Positions 10,664 to 20,840 are shown, numbered from the stretch's first letter. The stretch is 64,000 bases of DNA from a bacterium (GCA_965213625.1 CBDBZU010000004.1:3616001-3680000); one strand, 5' to 3'. Notes: generated by a model not told the origin, from the sequence alone. Made by a program: numbers and translations.

Positions 10664-11128
10664 CTAAGATGTACCCGTTCTTTTTCTTTTGTTGGCGAAT
10701 TCCTCGAAATATCCTCCGATGGAGGAAGCAGCCCAGTCAAAGTCCATATCTTGGGCTTTTTGCAGCACTTCGTCTCCGCTCAGGTCTTCTTCCTCGGCCA
10801 GATGAATCAGCGAGCAAATCCCGGCTCGCCCTACGCCTTTTCAGTGTACGTACACCGGGCCATCTTTCCTGGCCTCGCTGAGCTTTTGGTGGATTTCCCC
10901 GGACAACTCGTCGCTGATGTTTGCTGCGTTCACGGGAATATGCACGAAGTTCATTCCCAATTCATGCGCCGCCTTGCTCTCTGCATCGGGCGGCAACTCC
11001 GGTTCTTCCTCATCGGCGAAACGCAAATTGACCAGGGTCTTGATCCCCTCATTCGCCAGCGATTCCATATCCTTCCGTCCCGGTTGTCTGCCGAACACGA
11101 GATTTTCAGCCAACTCAATATATTCCAT
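10664..11128 (-). CDS. DUF442/TIGR01244-type (PTP-like fold) sulfurtransferase, probable selenoprotein (UGA at 10841-10843)
   Basis: GRQP, GIKTLVNLR, FVHIPV, then PVYVH-UGA-KGVGRAG at the catalytic Cx4R loop; frame continues to TAG at 10664-10666; hairpin just downstream of the UGA. Confidence 0.8.
10810..10829 (-). promoter_or_regulatory. Candidate bacterial SECIS hairpin
   Basis: GCGAGC-CGGGAUUU-GCUCGC starting 11 nt after the UGA. Confidence 0.55.
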
Positions 11129-11151
11129 GCGCGTTTTCCTCTTTGCGAGTA

Positions 11152-11994
11152 TTACACCCGTTGCACCAGTTCTCGACAGCGAATCAGGCAGGTCGCCCTG
11201 TCATCTTCCCCGTCACGCTTATAAATTCCAAGCAGATTGTTGATCATTCTCTCCACGATTCGGCGGGGCGGGGTTTCCTGTAAAAACCGCATGTCGAAAT
11301 GGTATCCGAGTCCTCGCACAATCGCAGCGCAATCCCCCACGCTCAAGCGTTTTCCCCTCTCGAAGGGGTCTAAAAATATGGGTTCCTCATCTCCCTGGTA
11401 TTTGACGATAAAATGCCCCGGCATCCCGACCCCGTGAAAGGGAAGCCCCAGCCGATTGCCAAGTATCAAATACAAAGCGGAAAGCGATATGGGAATGCCC
11501 CGCCTTCGCTCCAGGACGCGATTCATAAAGCTGTTCTGCACATCATAATAATTCTCGCGAGCGCCATCGAAGCGAAGCTCTCCGTGCAAGTATTCCACGA
11601 CTTCATCGACAATGGCGTCGGCCGTGCGCATGCCATTCAGACGTCCGCGCAAATGGTTTTCCATACTCGTTAGTTCGCCTCTTTTCATCTCCATGTCTTC
11701 GAGGGGATGGCCAAAGGACGCCAACAAGAAACACGCAGCTTCCAAGTCCGCATCTTCCACCGTAGAAAGAGACCAGTCTGAAAAAGCCATTTCGATTTGG
11801 CTGTGATGGAATTCCTGAAGCGACAGCGGCAGTATCACCTCGCTCATCTCGCTCTTCTTCATTATGTCCAGAAGCCTTTTTTGTTCTTCGTCCGAAAATT
11901 CGGAAACCTGGCGGTCCAAAGCCGCCGTCATGCCTGGGGAATCATCACCCAACAAATGACAAATGGCTTCTAATTGTGAGTCACTCAACGACAA
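11152..11994 (-). CDS. SirB1-family transglutaminase-like domain protein
   Basis: F.G...NYYD..NSF...VLERRRGIPISLS, GVGMPGHF, FLDPF, RMINNL. Confidence 0.88.
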   Translation of the reverse strand: MSLSDSQLEAICHLLGDDSPGMTAALDRQVSEFSDEEQKRLLDIMKKSEMSEVILPLSLQEFHHSQIEMAFSDWSLSTVEDADLEAACFLLASFGHPLEDMEMKRGELTSMENHLRGRLNGMRTADAIVDEVVEYLHGELRFDGARENYYDVQNSFMNRVLERRRGIPISLSALYLILGNRLGLPFHGVGMPGHFIVKYQGDEEPIFLDPFERGKRLSVGDCAAIVRGLGYHFDMRFLQETPPRRIVERMINNLLGIYKRDGEDDRATCLIRCRELVQRV

Positions 11995-12099
11995 AATGGC
12001 ACTCCTTCATTCGTGGTCGTTCATTCCCTGGCGCCGCAATTCAAATATGGTATTATCATTCGGACTTATCCACAATTCGCGCTTAACGTGAGGGATCGA

Positions 12100-13725
12100 A
12101 TGTCGACGTATGCCGACGTAGTGGCGGAGGTTCTTCAAGACGCAGGCATCGAATTTATCTTTGGAGTTCCTGGAAGCTTGAGTTCCGTCGAACTCATTGA
12201 AGCTGCGAGAAAGCGGAACATTCGCTACATTCTTTGCAGCAACGAGAGCAGTGCGGCCGTGAAGGCGGGCACGTACGGCATCATGACGGGTCGACCGGGA
12301 GTCGTGAGCACGGGCGTCGGTCCAGGGGCTGCCGCCGTCCTCCACGGCGTGGCGAATAATTTTCTCGAACGCGCGCCATGCCTCATTTTGACTGACCGTT
12401 TTTCCGATGCTCAGTTCCACCGTGAGGGCCGGCAAAAACTCGATCAGGATCGGTTGCTGCGCCCCATCACGAAAGCCACCATCAAGCTCGCAAAAGACAA
12501 CGCCGCGGTAGCCATCAGGCGCGCGCTGGCCTTGGCCGTAGAGGGAAGGCCTGGTCCCGTGCATGTAGACCTCCCCTACGACGTAATGCTGGCAAGTGCT
12601 GAAGAAAACGATTTCCCCCCAAAGGATGCCCCTCAAAAATTTATCCGCCGCACCGGCTCGGCTCACCCTGGCATCGTCACAACTCTCAACGCAATCTCGG
12701 AGTCAACAAACCCGATTGTGATAGCAGGCCTCCAGGTAAACCGTTCGGGAAGAGAAGCCGAAAAGGAATTCGTATCTTTCACTGAAAAACTCGGAGCGCC
12801 TGTTCTCGCCGCACCTTCAGCCAAGGGCGTTTTGCCGGAAAACCATCCTCTCGCCATGGGCACCTTCCGGGGCGCACCCTCTGAGCGGGAATTGATAGAC
12901 AAGTCGGACCTGTTCGTTCTGGTAGGCTTCGACACGGTGGAAGTGTTCGCCCCCGGAAATTGGAACTATCCCCAGAAAGTGATAAATCTGGATGAAGTGC
13001 CGCATCTCAGTGATTTAATTCGGCCGGAAATTGAAGTCGTCGCTGATCTCGCCGATATCCTCAGAGAGTTGAGCGCCTCCGTCACCTCCAAGCATGCCTG
13101 GAACACCGAGGAGATGGATTCATATAAGAAAATGAGACAATCCGCATTGTTCCCCACTGGGGAAGGCTTGATGCCCGGCGCAGTCATCCGGATTGCGAGG
13201 GAATGTCTCCCCGACAACGGCATCATGACCGCCGATGCGGGAAGCCATAAAGTTTTGGCCAATGACATATGGGAGACGAGGCGCCCTCTGGGTTACCTGA
13301 CATCCAGCGGGCTGGGTTCGATGGCCGTCGCCACACCGGCCGCCATGGCCGCCAAATTAACCGAACCGGGCACGCCCGTTGTATGCCTCACTGGGGATGG
13401 AGGTTTTCTCATGCGGATTGGCGACATGGAAGTCGCCGTTCGAGAAAATATCCCCTTCGTTACTGTCGTATTCAATGACCGCTACCTGAACCTGATCAAA
13501 ATCAAACAAGACAACCGCTCTTTCCCGCGGCTTGGAACCGAATTTCGCGATTCCGACTATTCATCCGTGGCAAAGGGACTGGGCTGTGAGGGCGAGAGAG
13601 TTTCTACTGAAGAAGAATTGAAAAATGCGCTCAATCGTGCATTTACATCCGATAAACCCTGGGTAATCGACGCCGTTATAAATCCCGACGGCTATATGGC
13701 TTCAAAAGACGTCCGCGCAGAGTAA
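12100..13725 (+). CDS. Thiamine pyrophosphate-dependent enzyme (acetolactate synthase-like superfamily)
   Basis: IFGVPG, GPGA, GRPGPVHVDLP, GDGGF...N TPP motif. Confidence 0.9.
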   Translation: MSTYADVVAEVLQDAGIEFIFGVPGSLSSVELIEAARKRNIRYILCSNESSAAVKAGTYGIMTGRPGVVSTGVGPGAAAVLHGVANNFLERAPCLILTDRFSDAQFHREGRQKLDQDRLLRPITKATIKLAKDNAAVAIRRALALAVEGRPGPVHVDLPYDVMLASAEENDFPPKDAPQKFIRRTGSAHPGIVTTLNAISESTNPIVIAGLQVNRSGREAEKEFVSFTEKLGAPVLAAPSAKGVLPENHPLAMGTFRGAPSERELIDKSDLFVLVGFDTVEVFAPGNWNYPQKVINLDEVPHLSDLIRPEIEVVADLADILRELSASVTSKHAWNTEEMDSYKKMRQSALFPTGEGLMPGAVIRIARECLPDNGIMTADAGSHKVLANDIWETRRPLGYLTSSGLGSMAVATPAAMAAKLTEPGTPVVCLTGDGGFLMRIGDMEVAVRENIPFVTVVFNDRYLNLIKIKQDNRSFPRLGTEFRDSDYSSVAKGLGCEGERVSTEEELKNALNRAFTSDKPWVIDAVINPDGYMASKDVRAE

Positions 13726-13889
13726 TGAAAATTTTTTGCTTGACACAATCCTTTCAACAACGCATCTTATACAATATCGCTTTAAACTTGAGAGAGGGAG
13801 TTCGTTAATCCCTGTGATTCAGGCGTCCAGGCAGGGGCTGGGCTTTATGTCCTCGACCTCATGAGGGGTCTCGCGCGGGAGGATAGTAG

Positions 13890-14096
13890 GTGCCAGAAGG
13901 AACTGTAAAGTGGTTTAGCGATAAAAAGGGGTATGGTTTCATTTCTCGGGAAGATGGCGACGACATCTTCGTTCATTTTTCCGCCATCGTTGCGGATGGA
14001 TTCAAATCGCTGAAAGAAGGTGAAAAGGTTACATTCGAAATCACCCAAGGCCCCAAAGGGCTTCAGGCGGCGAATGTAACCAAACTGGAAGAATAA
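13890..14096 (+). CDS. Cold-shock protein (CspA family)
   Basis: [39 protein letters not shown]; GGAGG RBS and long 5' leader. Confidence 0.97.
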   Translation: MPEGTVKWFSDKKGYGFISREDGDDIFVHFSAIVADGFKSLKEGEKVTFEITQGPKGLQAANVTKLEE

Positions 14097-14134
14097 CTCT
14101 CCTCCCAATCATCGTATTTTTCATCGGGTATAAG

Positions 14135-15490
14135 CTATACGCTGGCCTCGGTATACTCTAAAACCGCCTTTGCAGCATTTTCTCCGCTTCTCACCGCACC
14201 TTCTACAGTTGCCGGCAGGCCCGTTCGAGTCCAGTCTCCAGCCAGAAAAAAACCTTCTATCGGTGTTTTCGTATCTATCCGGTATTTTTGTTCCGACACA
14301 CCGTTCGCCCAGGTAGCCGCGCGCTCCCGAACCACCAAAACATCTAGAATACGGTTACGGGGAATCATGTGATTCAGGCAATCTCGTGCAGACAACTCGA
14401 TGGCCGATCGTTCCTCAGATGCGATGGAATCGTCCGCCCCGGCCAACAGACACACCAGATTTTCCGCACCTTTTCCGCCAGCTTGCGGACGAAAAAGCCA
14501 ATCCCAGTCCTCGTTAACAATCGCTTCGAACGGAGGCCCCTCATTCGGTTCATCAAGCCAGCAATATGCGCTGGCGATAGGCCCTGGACATAGTTTTCCA
14601 AGATTGGAAAAAGGTAATTGTTCACCAAGATCCCCGCCCAGCAGTCTGGCAAAGGCATCGGGCGGCACCGCAGAAATTACTGCGGCAGCACGCAAGCACT
14701 CGTGTTTATTCAGAATTACACCGCTGATAATTGAATTTTTGACCTCAATACCTACTGCGGGTTGCTGAAGCCTAACCTCTCCTCCGAAGTGCCGGATGCG
14801 TTGAGCCGCTCTGTTCGCCCAAAGCGTACCCAAGGCCTTCATCGGCACTCCCAGGGCAGCACCCTCAGGCCCATCGGCGAAGGCCTCGCGTATCACGGTC
14901 TTGAAAAGTTCCGCACTCCCTTGATCCAAAGGCAAGTTCAGTACCGCACGCGCAAACGGCTCCCAGAACCAGCGCACCACCTCATCCTTCTGGCCAAGAC
15001 GCTCGAGCATCTCACTCATGGATTCATTCGGATTCTCATCACCAGATTTCGAAATAATCTTCGAAAGGCCTTTCAAAAGATTCACTTTCTCTCCAAAACG
15101 CGGCCCTCGCCATTTGAGCATGCCTCTAAGTTGCGCAAAAACCCCTCCGCCCTCTGGAAATGACAATTGCGTTCGTCTGGGTGACTCCGCTTCCCGAATA
15201 AGGTAACTCACCTCCAAGGAGGGAGAGAAAAATACATCATCAGCGGCGCCCACCCTTTCCAACAGTGCCCGCAAGGCCGGGTTCGCAGCCATGAATAAAT
15301 GTGGACCCCAATCCAACTCCAGGCCTGTGGATGAGTGCATGAAACTTCTTGCTCGACCTCCGAGAAGCTTTCCCGCCTCGAGCACGATAACTTTGACGCC
15401 CGACTCGGCAAGACGCAAGGCGGCGGAGAGGCCCGCTGCACCGGCCCCTATGATGATAACCGGCCTCTCGAAACCAACAAGCTCAGACAT
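14135..15490 (-). CDS. hpnE: Hydroxysqualene dehydroxylase HpnE
   Basis: GAGAAGL FAD motif, GGRARSF, RERAAT, LAGDWTRTGLPATVEGAVRSG; directly downstream of hpnCD. Confidence 0.88.
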   Translation of the reverse strand: MSELVGFERPVIIIGAGAAGLSAALRLAESGVKVIVLEAGKLLGGRARSFMHSSTGLELDWGPHLFMAANPALRALLERVGAADDVFFSPSLEVSYLIREAESPRRTQLSFPEGGGVFAQLRGMLKWRGPRFGEKVNLLKGLSKIISKSGDENPNESMSEMLERLGQKDEVVRWFWEPFARAVLNLPLDQGSAELFKTVIREAFADGPEGAALGVPMKALGTLWANRAAQRIRHFGGEVRLQQPAVGIEVKNSIISGVILNKHECLRAAAVISAVPPDAFARLLGGDLGEQLPFSNLGKLCPGPIASAYCWLDEPNEGPPFEAIVNEDWDWLFRPQAGGKGAENLVCLLAGADDSIASEERSAIELSARDCLNHMIPRNRILDVLVVRERAATWANGVSEQKYRIDTKTPIEGFFLAGDWTRTGLPATVEGAVRSGENAAKAVLEYTEASV

Positions 15491-17650
15491 TTACGCTTCC
15501 AGAAAACAGCGAAGCGCTTCTAGTAGTTTTTCCCTGGAATTCAGTGAGGGACGATAATCCATGTGCCGAAAATGATTCTGCTCCATCTCACTCAGAAGTC
15601 TACGATAAATCCGGCCCATGATTCTCGCGGGTAGAAGGTTCTCTTTTTTCTCGTGATTCAAGGCTTCGTTCGCCCCCTCATAGTAGTCACGCGCCCGATG
15701 CGCCAGATTTCCAAGGAGGCTCAATACTTGGGGGGAATCCGTTTTGTCTCTCAAATCAGAGTCCGTTACGCCATATTTTTCCATTTCGCCTTGAGGAAGA
15801 TAAATTCGCCCTTGTTCCGCATCCTCCCAAACGTCTCTTAAAATGTTCGTCATCTGTAACGCTCTTCCTAAACAAACGGCGTAGTCTTTCGCAAATTCCG
15901 ATTTCGCGCCGAAAATACTCAGGCACGCCAGCCCTACTGCGGATGCCACTTTGTCACAATAATTTTCAAGGTCTGTTAAATTTTCAATTCGCCGTTCTTC
16001 CAAATCCATCCCAACGCCATCACAAATCGCCCGGAGATGCTCCGGTGGCAGGTCGTATTTTCGTGACGCCCACGCAAGTTCCCCAATTATGGGATGAAGT
16101 TGAGACTCCTCGCCTAGCTGCTCCAATGCATTTTTCCATTCGCGCAACGAAGATTTCTTGTCTGATATTTCGCCCGGCTCATCGGCGATGTCGTCAGCCA
16201 TGCGGCAATATGCATAAACCGCCGTGATAGCGCGTCTTTTCTCCGCAGGCAGACTGAAGAAAGACAGATAAAAATTCGACCGGCTCGCGCGAATGAACCA
16301 GCGGCAGTATGCGCGGTTCAACGCATTTTCTGCCTGTCGATCCACATTGGATTCGAGTCGATAGACCGGCCGAAACGCCGCGAACAACGTTTTGGCCTTA
16401 TCCCAACCATTCAAATGCGGAGACCCCGCGCAGACGTCCCAATTCTGACGGGAAATGGAATCCAATGCCGCGATGCCGCCACGCCAAATCGCACGAAGCT
16501 CACGGCCCAGCGCGCCGCGGGTACGGTACAAAAGAGGCAGGCCCTGCCTGAAGAGACGCTTCGTCCTTTTTATTTGGAAGACCAGGAACGCGCGCAATTG
16601 AGGCGTCGCCACGTCTGCGAGTAAATCATCCTCGGAGACGGCGAACCGTTTCATTTCATCCTGCGGCATGTAGACGATGCCGCGTTCGGCATCTTCTTTC
16701 ACGTCTTGTAAATGATTCGCAATCTGCAAGGCCGTACAGATAGCATCTGACGCGTGAAGGGCCTCTTCATCACGAATCCCGTGCAACATGAGAACGATTC
16801 TTCCGACGGGATCCGCCGAGCGGCGACAATAATCGAGCAAGGCTTCATAGTTCGGGTACCGGAGAACGGTGACATCTTGTTTGAATGCCGAAAGCAAATC
16901 CAGAAAAGGCTGTAAGGGCAAATTGAATTGTTGAATCGTGTGAGAAAGAGCTATGAAAACATCAGTTTCCGCGACTCCCATCTGGGCTAATACGAGTTTA
17001 TCTTCCCATTCGTCGAGTCGGGCGATGCGCTCATGGGCGGGTCTTGTCGTATCCGCGATGTCATCGGCGCCTCTGGCAAATGCGTAGACCGCAGCAACAT
17101 GCGGCCTAATTTTCGCCGGCAACAATTTAGAAGCGACGGGAAAATTCTCGTAGTGGCCGACTACGATTTTCATACACGTATCATAGGCGGCGCTTAATTC
17201 TGCCATTGAAACTTTCTTTACCTCTTTGCCTGAATCCCGTGATTCTTCGCCATTCATTAGAGTTTCTATCAATTGTGCATCCGCAGGCAAAAAATCAAAA
17301 TCACCCAATGAGGCAGGATGCACCCACTCATGCCCCGCCACTCCCAAATTCTTAACCACTCCGCTTGCCCACTCACAATCATAAAATCGTAGATGGATTT
17401 CTCTGTCTGGATAGCTGTGGCATGTCTCCCAATGAAGACGGCCAACGCGCACTGCGATGCCTAGTTCCTCGCATATCTCACGTTGTAAGGCTTCCCGATC
17501 GTTCTCCCCTTCCTCTATTTTGCCACCGGGAAACTCCCAGAAACCTGGCATGTGACCGCCCGCAGGACGCTGGCAAATGAGAATGCGCCCTTCGTTCCAG
17601 ACAATTCCAGCGACGACGCTCAGTTCCAAGATCGAAACTTCGTCCTCCAT
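15491..17650 (-). CDS. NUDIX (MutT-like)-HpnC-HpnD triple fusion, squalene synthesis
   Basis: Nudix box GGKIEEGENDREALQREICEELG; HpnC HYENFPVAS..YAFARGADDIAD, YCRRSADPVGR; HpnD SNFYLSF..YAYCRMADDIAD, ALQMTNILRDV; no internal stop. Confidence 0.85.
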   Translation of the reverse strand: MEDEVSILELSVVAGIVWNEGRILICQRPAGGHMPGFWEFPGGKIEEGENDREALQREICEELGIAVRVGRLHWETCHSYPDREIHLRFYDCEWASGVVKNLGVAGHEWVHPASLGDFDFLPADAQLIETLMNGEESRDSGKEVKKVSMAELSAAYDTCMKIVVGHYENFPVASKLLPAKIRPHVAAVYAFARGADDIADTTRPAHERIARLDEWEDKLVLAQMGVAETDVFIALSHTIQQFNLPLQPFLDLLSAFKQDVTVLRYPNYEALLDYCRRSADPVGRIVLMLHGIRDEEALHASDAICTALQIANHLQDVKEDAERGIVYMPQDEMKRFAVSEDDLLADVATPQLRAFLVFQIKRTKRLFRQGLPLLYRTRGALGRELRAIWRGGIAALDSISRQNWDVCAGSPHLNGWDKAKTLFAAFRPVYRLESNVDRQAENALNRAYCRWFIRASRSNFYLSFFSLPAEKRRAITAVYAYCRMADDIADEPGEISDKKSSLREWKNALEQLGEESQLHPIIGELAWASRKYDLPPEHLRAICDGVGMDLEERRIENLTDLENYCDKVASAVGLACLSIFGAKSEFAKDYAVCLGRALQMTNILRDVWEDAEQGRIYLPQGEMEKYGVTDSDLRDKTDSPQVLSLLGNLAHRARDYYEGANEALNHEKKENLLPARIMGRIYRRLLSEMEQNHFRHMDYRPSLNSREKLLEALRCFLEA

Positions 17651-17665
17651 CTCTTCTCCAAGTGT

Positions 17666-18463
17666 TCAACCCTGTGCAGCTTCAGGTTCCGTATGTCCAG
17701 GTAATCGTCTCAGGACACTTGAAAACACAATGGGTTCCGCAAGGGGCAACGCATCGGCCAGTTCTTTTTCATCCGCAAAAAACTCGCCCGGCAGGACCAA
17801 CCCCGGCATTCGCAGTCTGATCGAATCCTCTGAAAACGGCCACGGGAATATTTCCAGATCATCCATGTTGGCTGTCTTCACTTGCAAACCGCTTTGCGTC
17901 AAGGGATGGACGGCGTCATCGGGCGGGGTGATTTCCGGCGCCCGGCACGCCAACAGGGATAACGTATCGCAAACCCTGAGCAAAGACACTGAATTTTCAA
18001 TCGCATCTTTATGCTCCGGTTCAATGAGGACGTCCAGCTTTTTCTGCCGCTTCGATTCAGCGTGAATGAAGTCGTTCAACACCCTGGAAACTTCAAGTGG
18101 GGCACCCCTTCTCCCCCCTTCGGCGAGCGAAGAGAAGTGAATACTGACAAGACAACCCGTAAATGGATGAAAAGATGCGCAGGAATCAATTCCCTCCGAC
18201 CATATCTCCACCGCCTTGTCCGCTGTTATGCCGAAAAAACTATACGGCAGTTTCGTCAGCGCATCCCACCTCGGTGTGGCGTCCGGTCGGCACCACCCGA
18301 CGTCATGGTTATCGACGGCGAACAAAACTTTCTCTCTGAGCTCATACGGCGGTGAGGGAAGCGATTCTATCCCTATCCAATTTCGCGCAATCGTGCCCGC
18401 GGCCCGGGCGTGGTCATGTTGACTGATAAGGCGAACATGGTTATCTCGCGGACAAACTATCAT
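17666..18463 (-). CDS. DUF3891-like family protein
   Basis: MIV.....LISQHDHARAAG..A..W, HDVGW, S.HF, CDTLSL..C, PWPF pattern. Confidence 0.7.
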   Translation of the reverse strand: MIVCPRDNHVRLISQHDHARAAGTIARNWIGIESLPSPPYELREKVLFAVDNHDVGWCRPDATPRWDALTKLPYSFFGITADKAVEIWSEGIDSCASFHPFTGCLVSIHFSSLAEGGRRGAPLEVSRVLNDFIHAESKRQKKLDVLIEPEHKDAIENSVSLLRVCDTLSLLACRAPEITPPDDAVHPLTQSGLQVKTANMDDLEIFPWPFSEDSIRLRMPGLVLPGEFFADEKELADALPLAEPIVFSSVLRRLPGHTEPEAAQG

Positions 18464-18694
18464 TTGAAACACCAAAAAATGGCGGAGTATACAGTCCCAA
18501 TCCGTTGAATCTCCAAGTCCATGACCTGGAGGTATTTTATTTCGCCGATGAAAAATGTAACAACCGTCATTGCAGCAAACAAGAGAAAAACAAGTAAATT
18601 CAACATCCACTTGAACAAACGTGTGCAAAACACATAATTTTGCTACAAGTCAGTATATATTCTTGTCTTGGAAATAAGGAAATCGCGCCAAATC

Positions 18695-20131
18695 ATGAAT
18701 CAAAAAAATTCCCCGCAAGAACCTGGTTCTGTCGGCCTCACGAAAACGCGGACGATCGCCCTCCCCGAGCCGTTTCGGACCGATTCCGATGAAACATTAC
18801 CCCAAGTCCATGTTGCCTATGAAACATATGGTAAACTCTCTCCCGGCGCCGATAACGCCGTTTTGGTCATCCACGCGCTCACGGGCGACGCGCACGCAGC
18901 CGGCTACCATAGCCCCGACGACCCGCGCCCGGGCTGGTGGGACCCGATGATAGGCCCGGGCAAAGCCATCGATACACGAAAATATTTTGTCGTCTCCTCG
19001 AACAACCTAGGGGGATGTTCTGGCACCACGGGGCCCGCTTCGATCAATTCCGCTACGGGCAGAGCCTACAACACCGCTTTTCCCGTCACCACGGTGGAAG
19101 ATACCGTTCGCGTCCAAAAAATGCTTCTCGACCATCTGGGCGTGAAACGCCTCAAAACGGTCATAGGCGGCTCGCTCGCCGGGATGCAAACCCTCGAATG
19201 GGGCCTGCGCTACAGCGATTTTTGCGATTCCGTCATACCGGTCGCCGGAGCCGCGCGCCTGGACCCGATGGGAATCGCATGGGACAAAATCGCTCGCAGG
19301 GCCATCACTGCCGACGGCGACTGGAAAGACGGCAACTACGCCGCTGGAGAAGGACCACGCAAAGGTCTAAGCGCGGCGCGCATGCTGGCCCACATCACCT
19401 ACCTGAGCCGAGGGATCATGTGGGAGAAATTCGGCCGCGAGATCAGGGACAAGGGAAAAATGCTGGACGACATCACCTCGCGCTTCGAGGTGGAGAGCTA
19501 TCTCGATCACCAGGGAGACAAATTCGTCGATCGTTTCGACGCCAATTCGTATCTGTACATATCCCGGATGATGGACTTGTACGACGCCTCTATGGGTTAT
19601 GAGAGTCTCGAAGCGTCACTGTCCCGGTTGAAAACAAAATGCCTGCTCGTCTGCTTCATATCCGATTGGCTCTTCCCGCCGGAAAGAAGTATGGAGATCG
19701 CCCAAATTCTCCAAATACTCGACCATGAGGTGGAATTGCACACGGTGGAGTCCACCTACGGGCACGATGCTTTTCTGGTCCAATACGACAAGCTCACCGA
19801 AATCGTGGGTGGTTTTCTCAGAAGACTTGATGCCGGGGGACCAATCGGCATCAACGCGGCACCCATACCCCGAGGCTGCAAGCGGCTTGTCCTCTCTTAT
19901 CCAGGTCATCTCGTGCAGAAACCCATTTTGTGGGAACTCGGCCGAAAATACTCGTTTTCCATCAACATCATGAGGAGTGAGCTGGATGCCCAATCGGGGT
20001 GGCAGGTTTGTGAATTCGATGGAAACGAGGAGGAAATCACACAAGCAGTCACTGAACTCCGCAATATGGGAGTGTGGGTAGACCCCGGAGGGCATGACGC
20101 CATCGACCACGACCGCGCCGAAGTGGTATAA
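18695..20131 (+). CDS. metX: Homoserine O-acetyltransferase with C-terminal NIL domain
   Basis: AYETYG, HALTGDAH, GWWD.MIGPG, GGSLAGMQ, RFDANSY, SDWLFPP, GHDAFL; C-terminal ~75 aa resemble a NIL domain. Confidence 0.92.
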   Translation: MNQKNSPQEPGSVGLTKTRTIALPEPFRTDSDETLPQVHVAYETYGKLSPGADNAVLVIHALTGDAHAAGYHSPDDPRPGWWDPMIGPGKAIDTRKYFVVSSNNLGGCSGTTGPASINSATGRAYNTAFPVTTVEDTVRVQKMLLDHLGVKRLKTVIGGSLAGMQTLEWGLRYSDFCDSVIPVAGAARLDPMGIAWDKIARRAITADGDWKDGNYAAGEGPRKGLSAARMLAHITYLSRGIMWEKFGREIRDKGKMLDDITSRFEVESYLDHQGDKFVDRFDANSYLYISRMMDLYDASMGYESLEASLSRLKTKCLLVCFISDWLFPPERSMEIAQILQILDHEVELHTVESTYGHDAFLVQYDKLTEIVGGFLRRLDAGGPIGINAAPIPRGCKRLVLSYPGHLVQKPILWELGRKYSFSINIMRSELDAQSGWQVCEFDGNEEEITQAVTELRNMGVWVDPGGHDAIDHDRAEVV

Positions 20132-20207
20132 ACCGGAAAATTGCTGCCTGGATAAAAGTTCACCGATATTCTTCAGAAATTCGTTAGAAACCAGACGGAG
20201 GCACGCC

Positions 20208-20840
20208 ATGAGCAAGTTGAAAGAACCAATCGTTGTGGTGAAATACTCGGACTACACATGACCGTTTTGCTATGTCGCCACCGTTGGTGGCACGCCCGTG
20301 ATTGAAGAAGACCCCGATGTCGTCGTCGAGTGGGTCAGTTGGGAGGGGAGACCACCCGGCCAGGAGTTCGCCGGTTACTCGCCCGAGCAGAAAAAAGAAA
20401 GTTACGAAAATAACCACAAACCTCTCGCAGAGAAATACAACGTGCCCATCCGTGTGGCGGGGGGCGACTACCGCACCACCAACCTGCACATGGCCACCTA
20501 TTACGCCCGCGATAAGGGAAAGTTCAAGGAATTCCGGAATCGCTGCTACAAGGCCCGCTGGGAGGACGACCTGAATCTCGAAGATTTGGACGTCATCGCC
20601 GGGCTCGCCGAAGACGTCGGCTTGGACGGCGAGGAAATCAAGGCCGTCATCTCCGAGGGACGCTACATCGGCGCACTCCACAGCCAGCGCGCCCAGGGAA
20701 AAGGCCTGGGTATTTTCGGAATCCCCACGTTCGTGGTTGAAGGAAAGCTCTTCTGGGGCAAAGACGTCATCGACGACGTCAAGGCGGAGGTCGCGCGCGT
20801 GAAGCAAGAACGGATCGAGAAGGAGAAACAGGAGAACTAG
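20208..20840 (+). CDS. DsbA/FrnE-family thioredoxin-fold protein, probable selenoprotein (UxxC, UGA at 20259-20261)
   Basis: GGAGG RBS then MSKLKEPIVVVKYSDYT-UGA-PFCY in frame with the 20298..20840 ORF; GIFGIPTF cis-Pro motif. Confidence 0.88.
20274..20293 (+). promoter_or_regulatory. Candidate bacterial SECIS hairpin
   Basis: GU-C-GCCACC-GUU-GGUGGC-AC; the G-starting loop begins 21 nt after the UGA. Confidence 0.6.

Noticed and set aside
12066-12074. Perfect DnaA box TTATCCACA
   Set aside because: Single copy with no cluster or origin-associated genes; compatible with chance.
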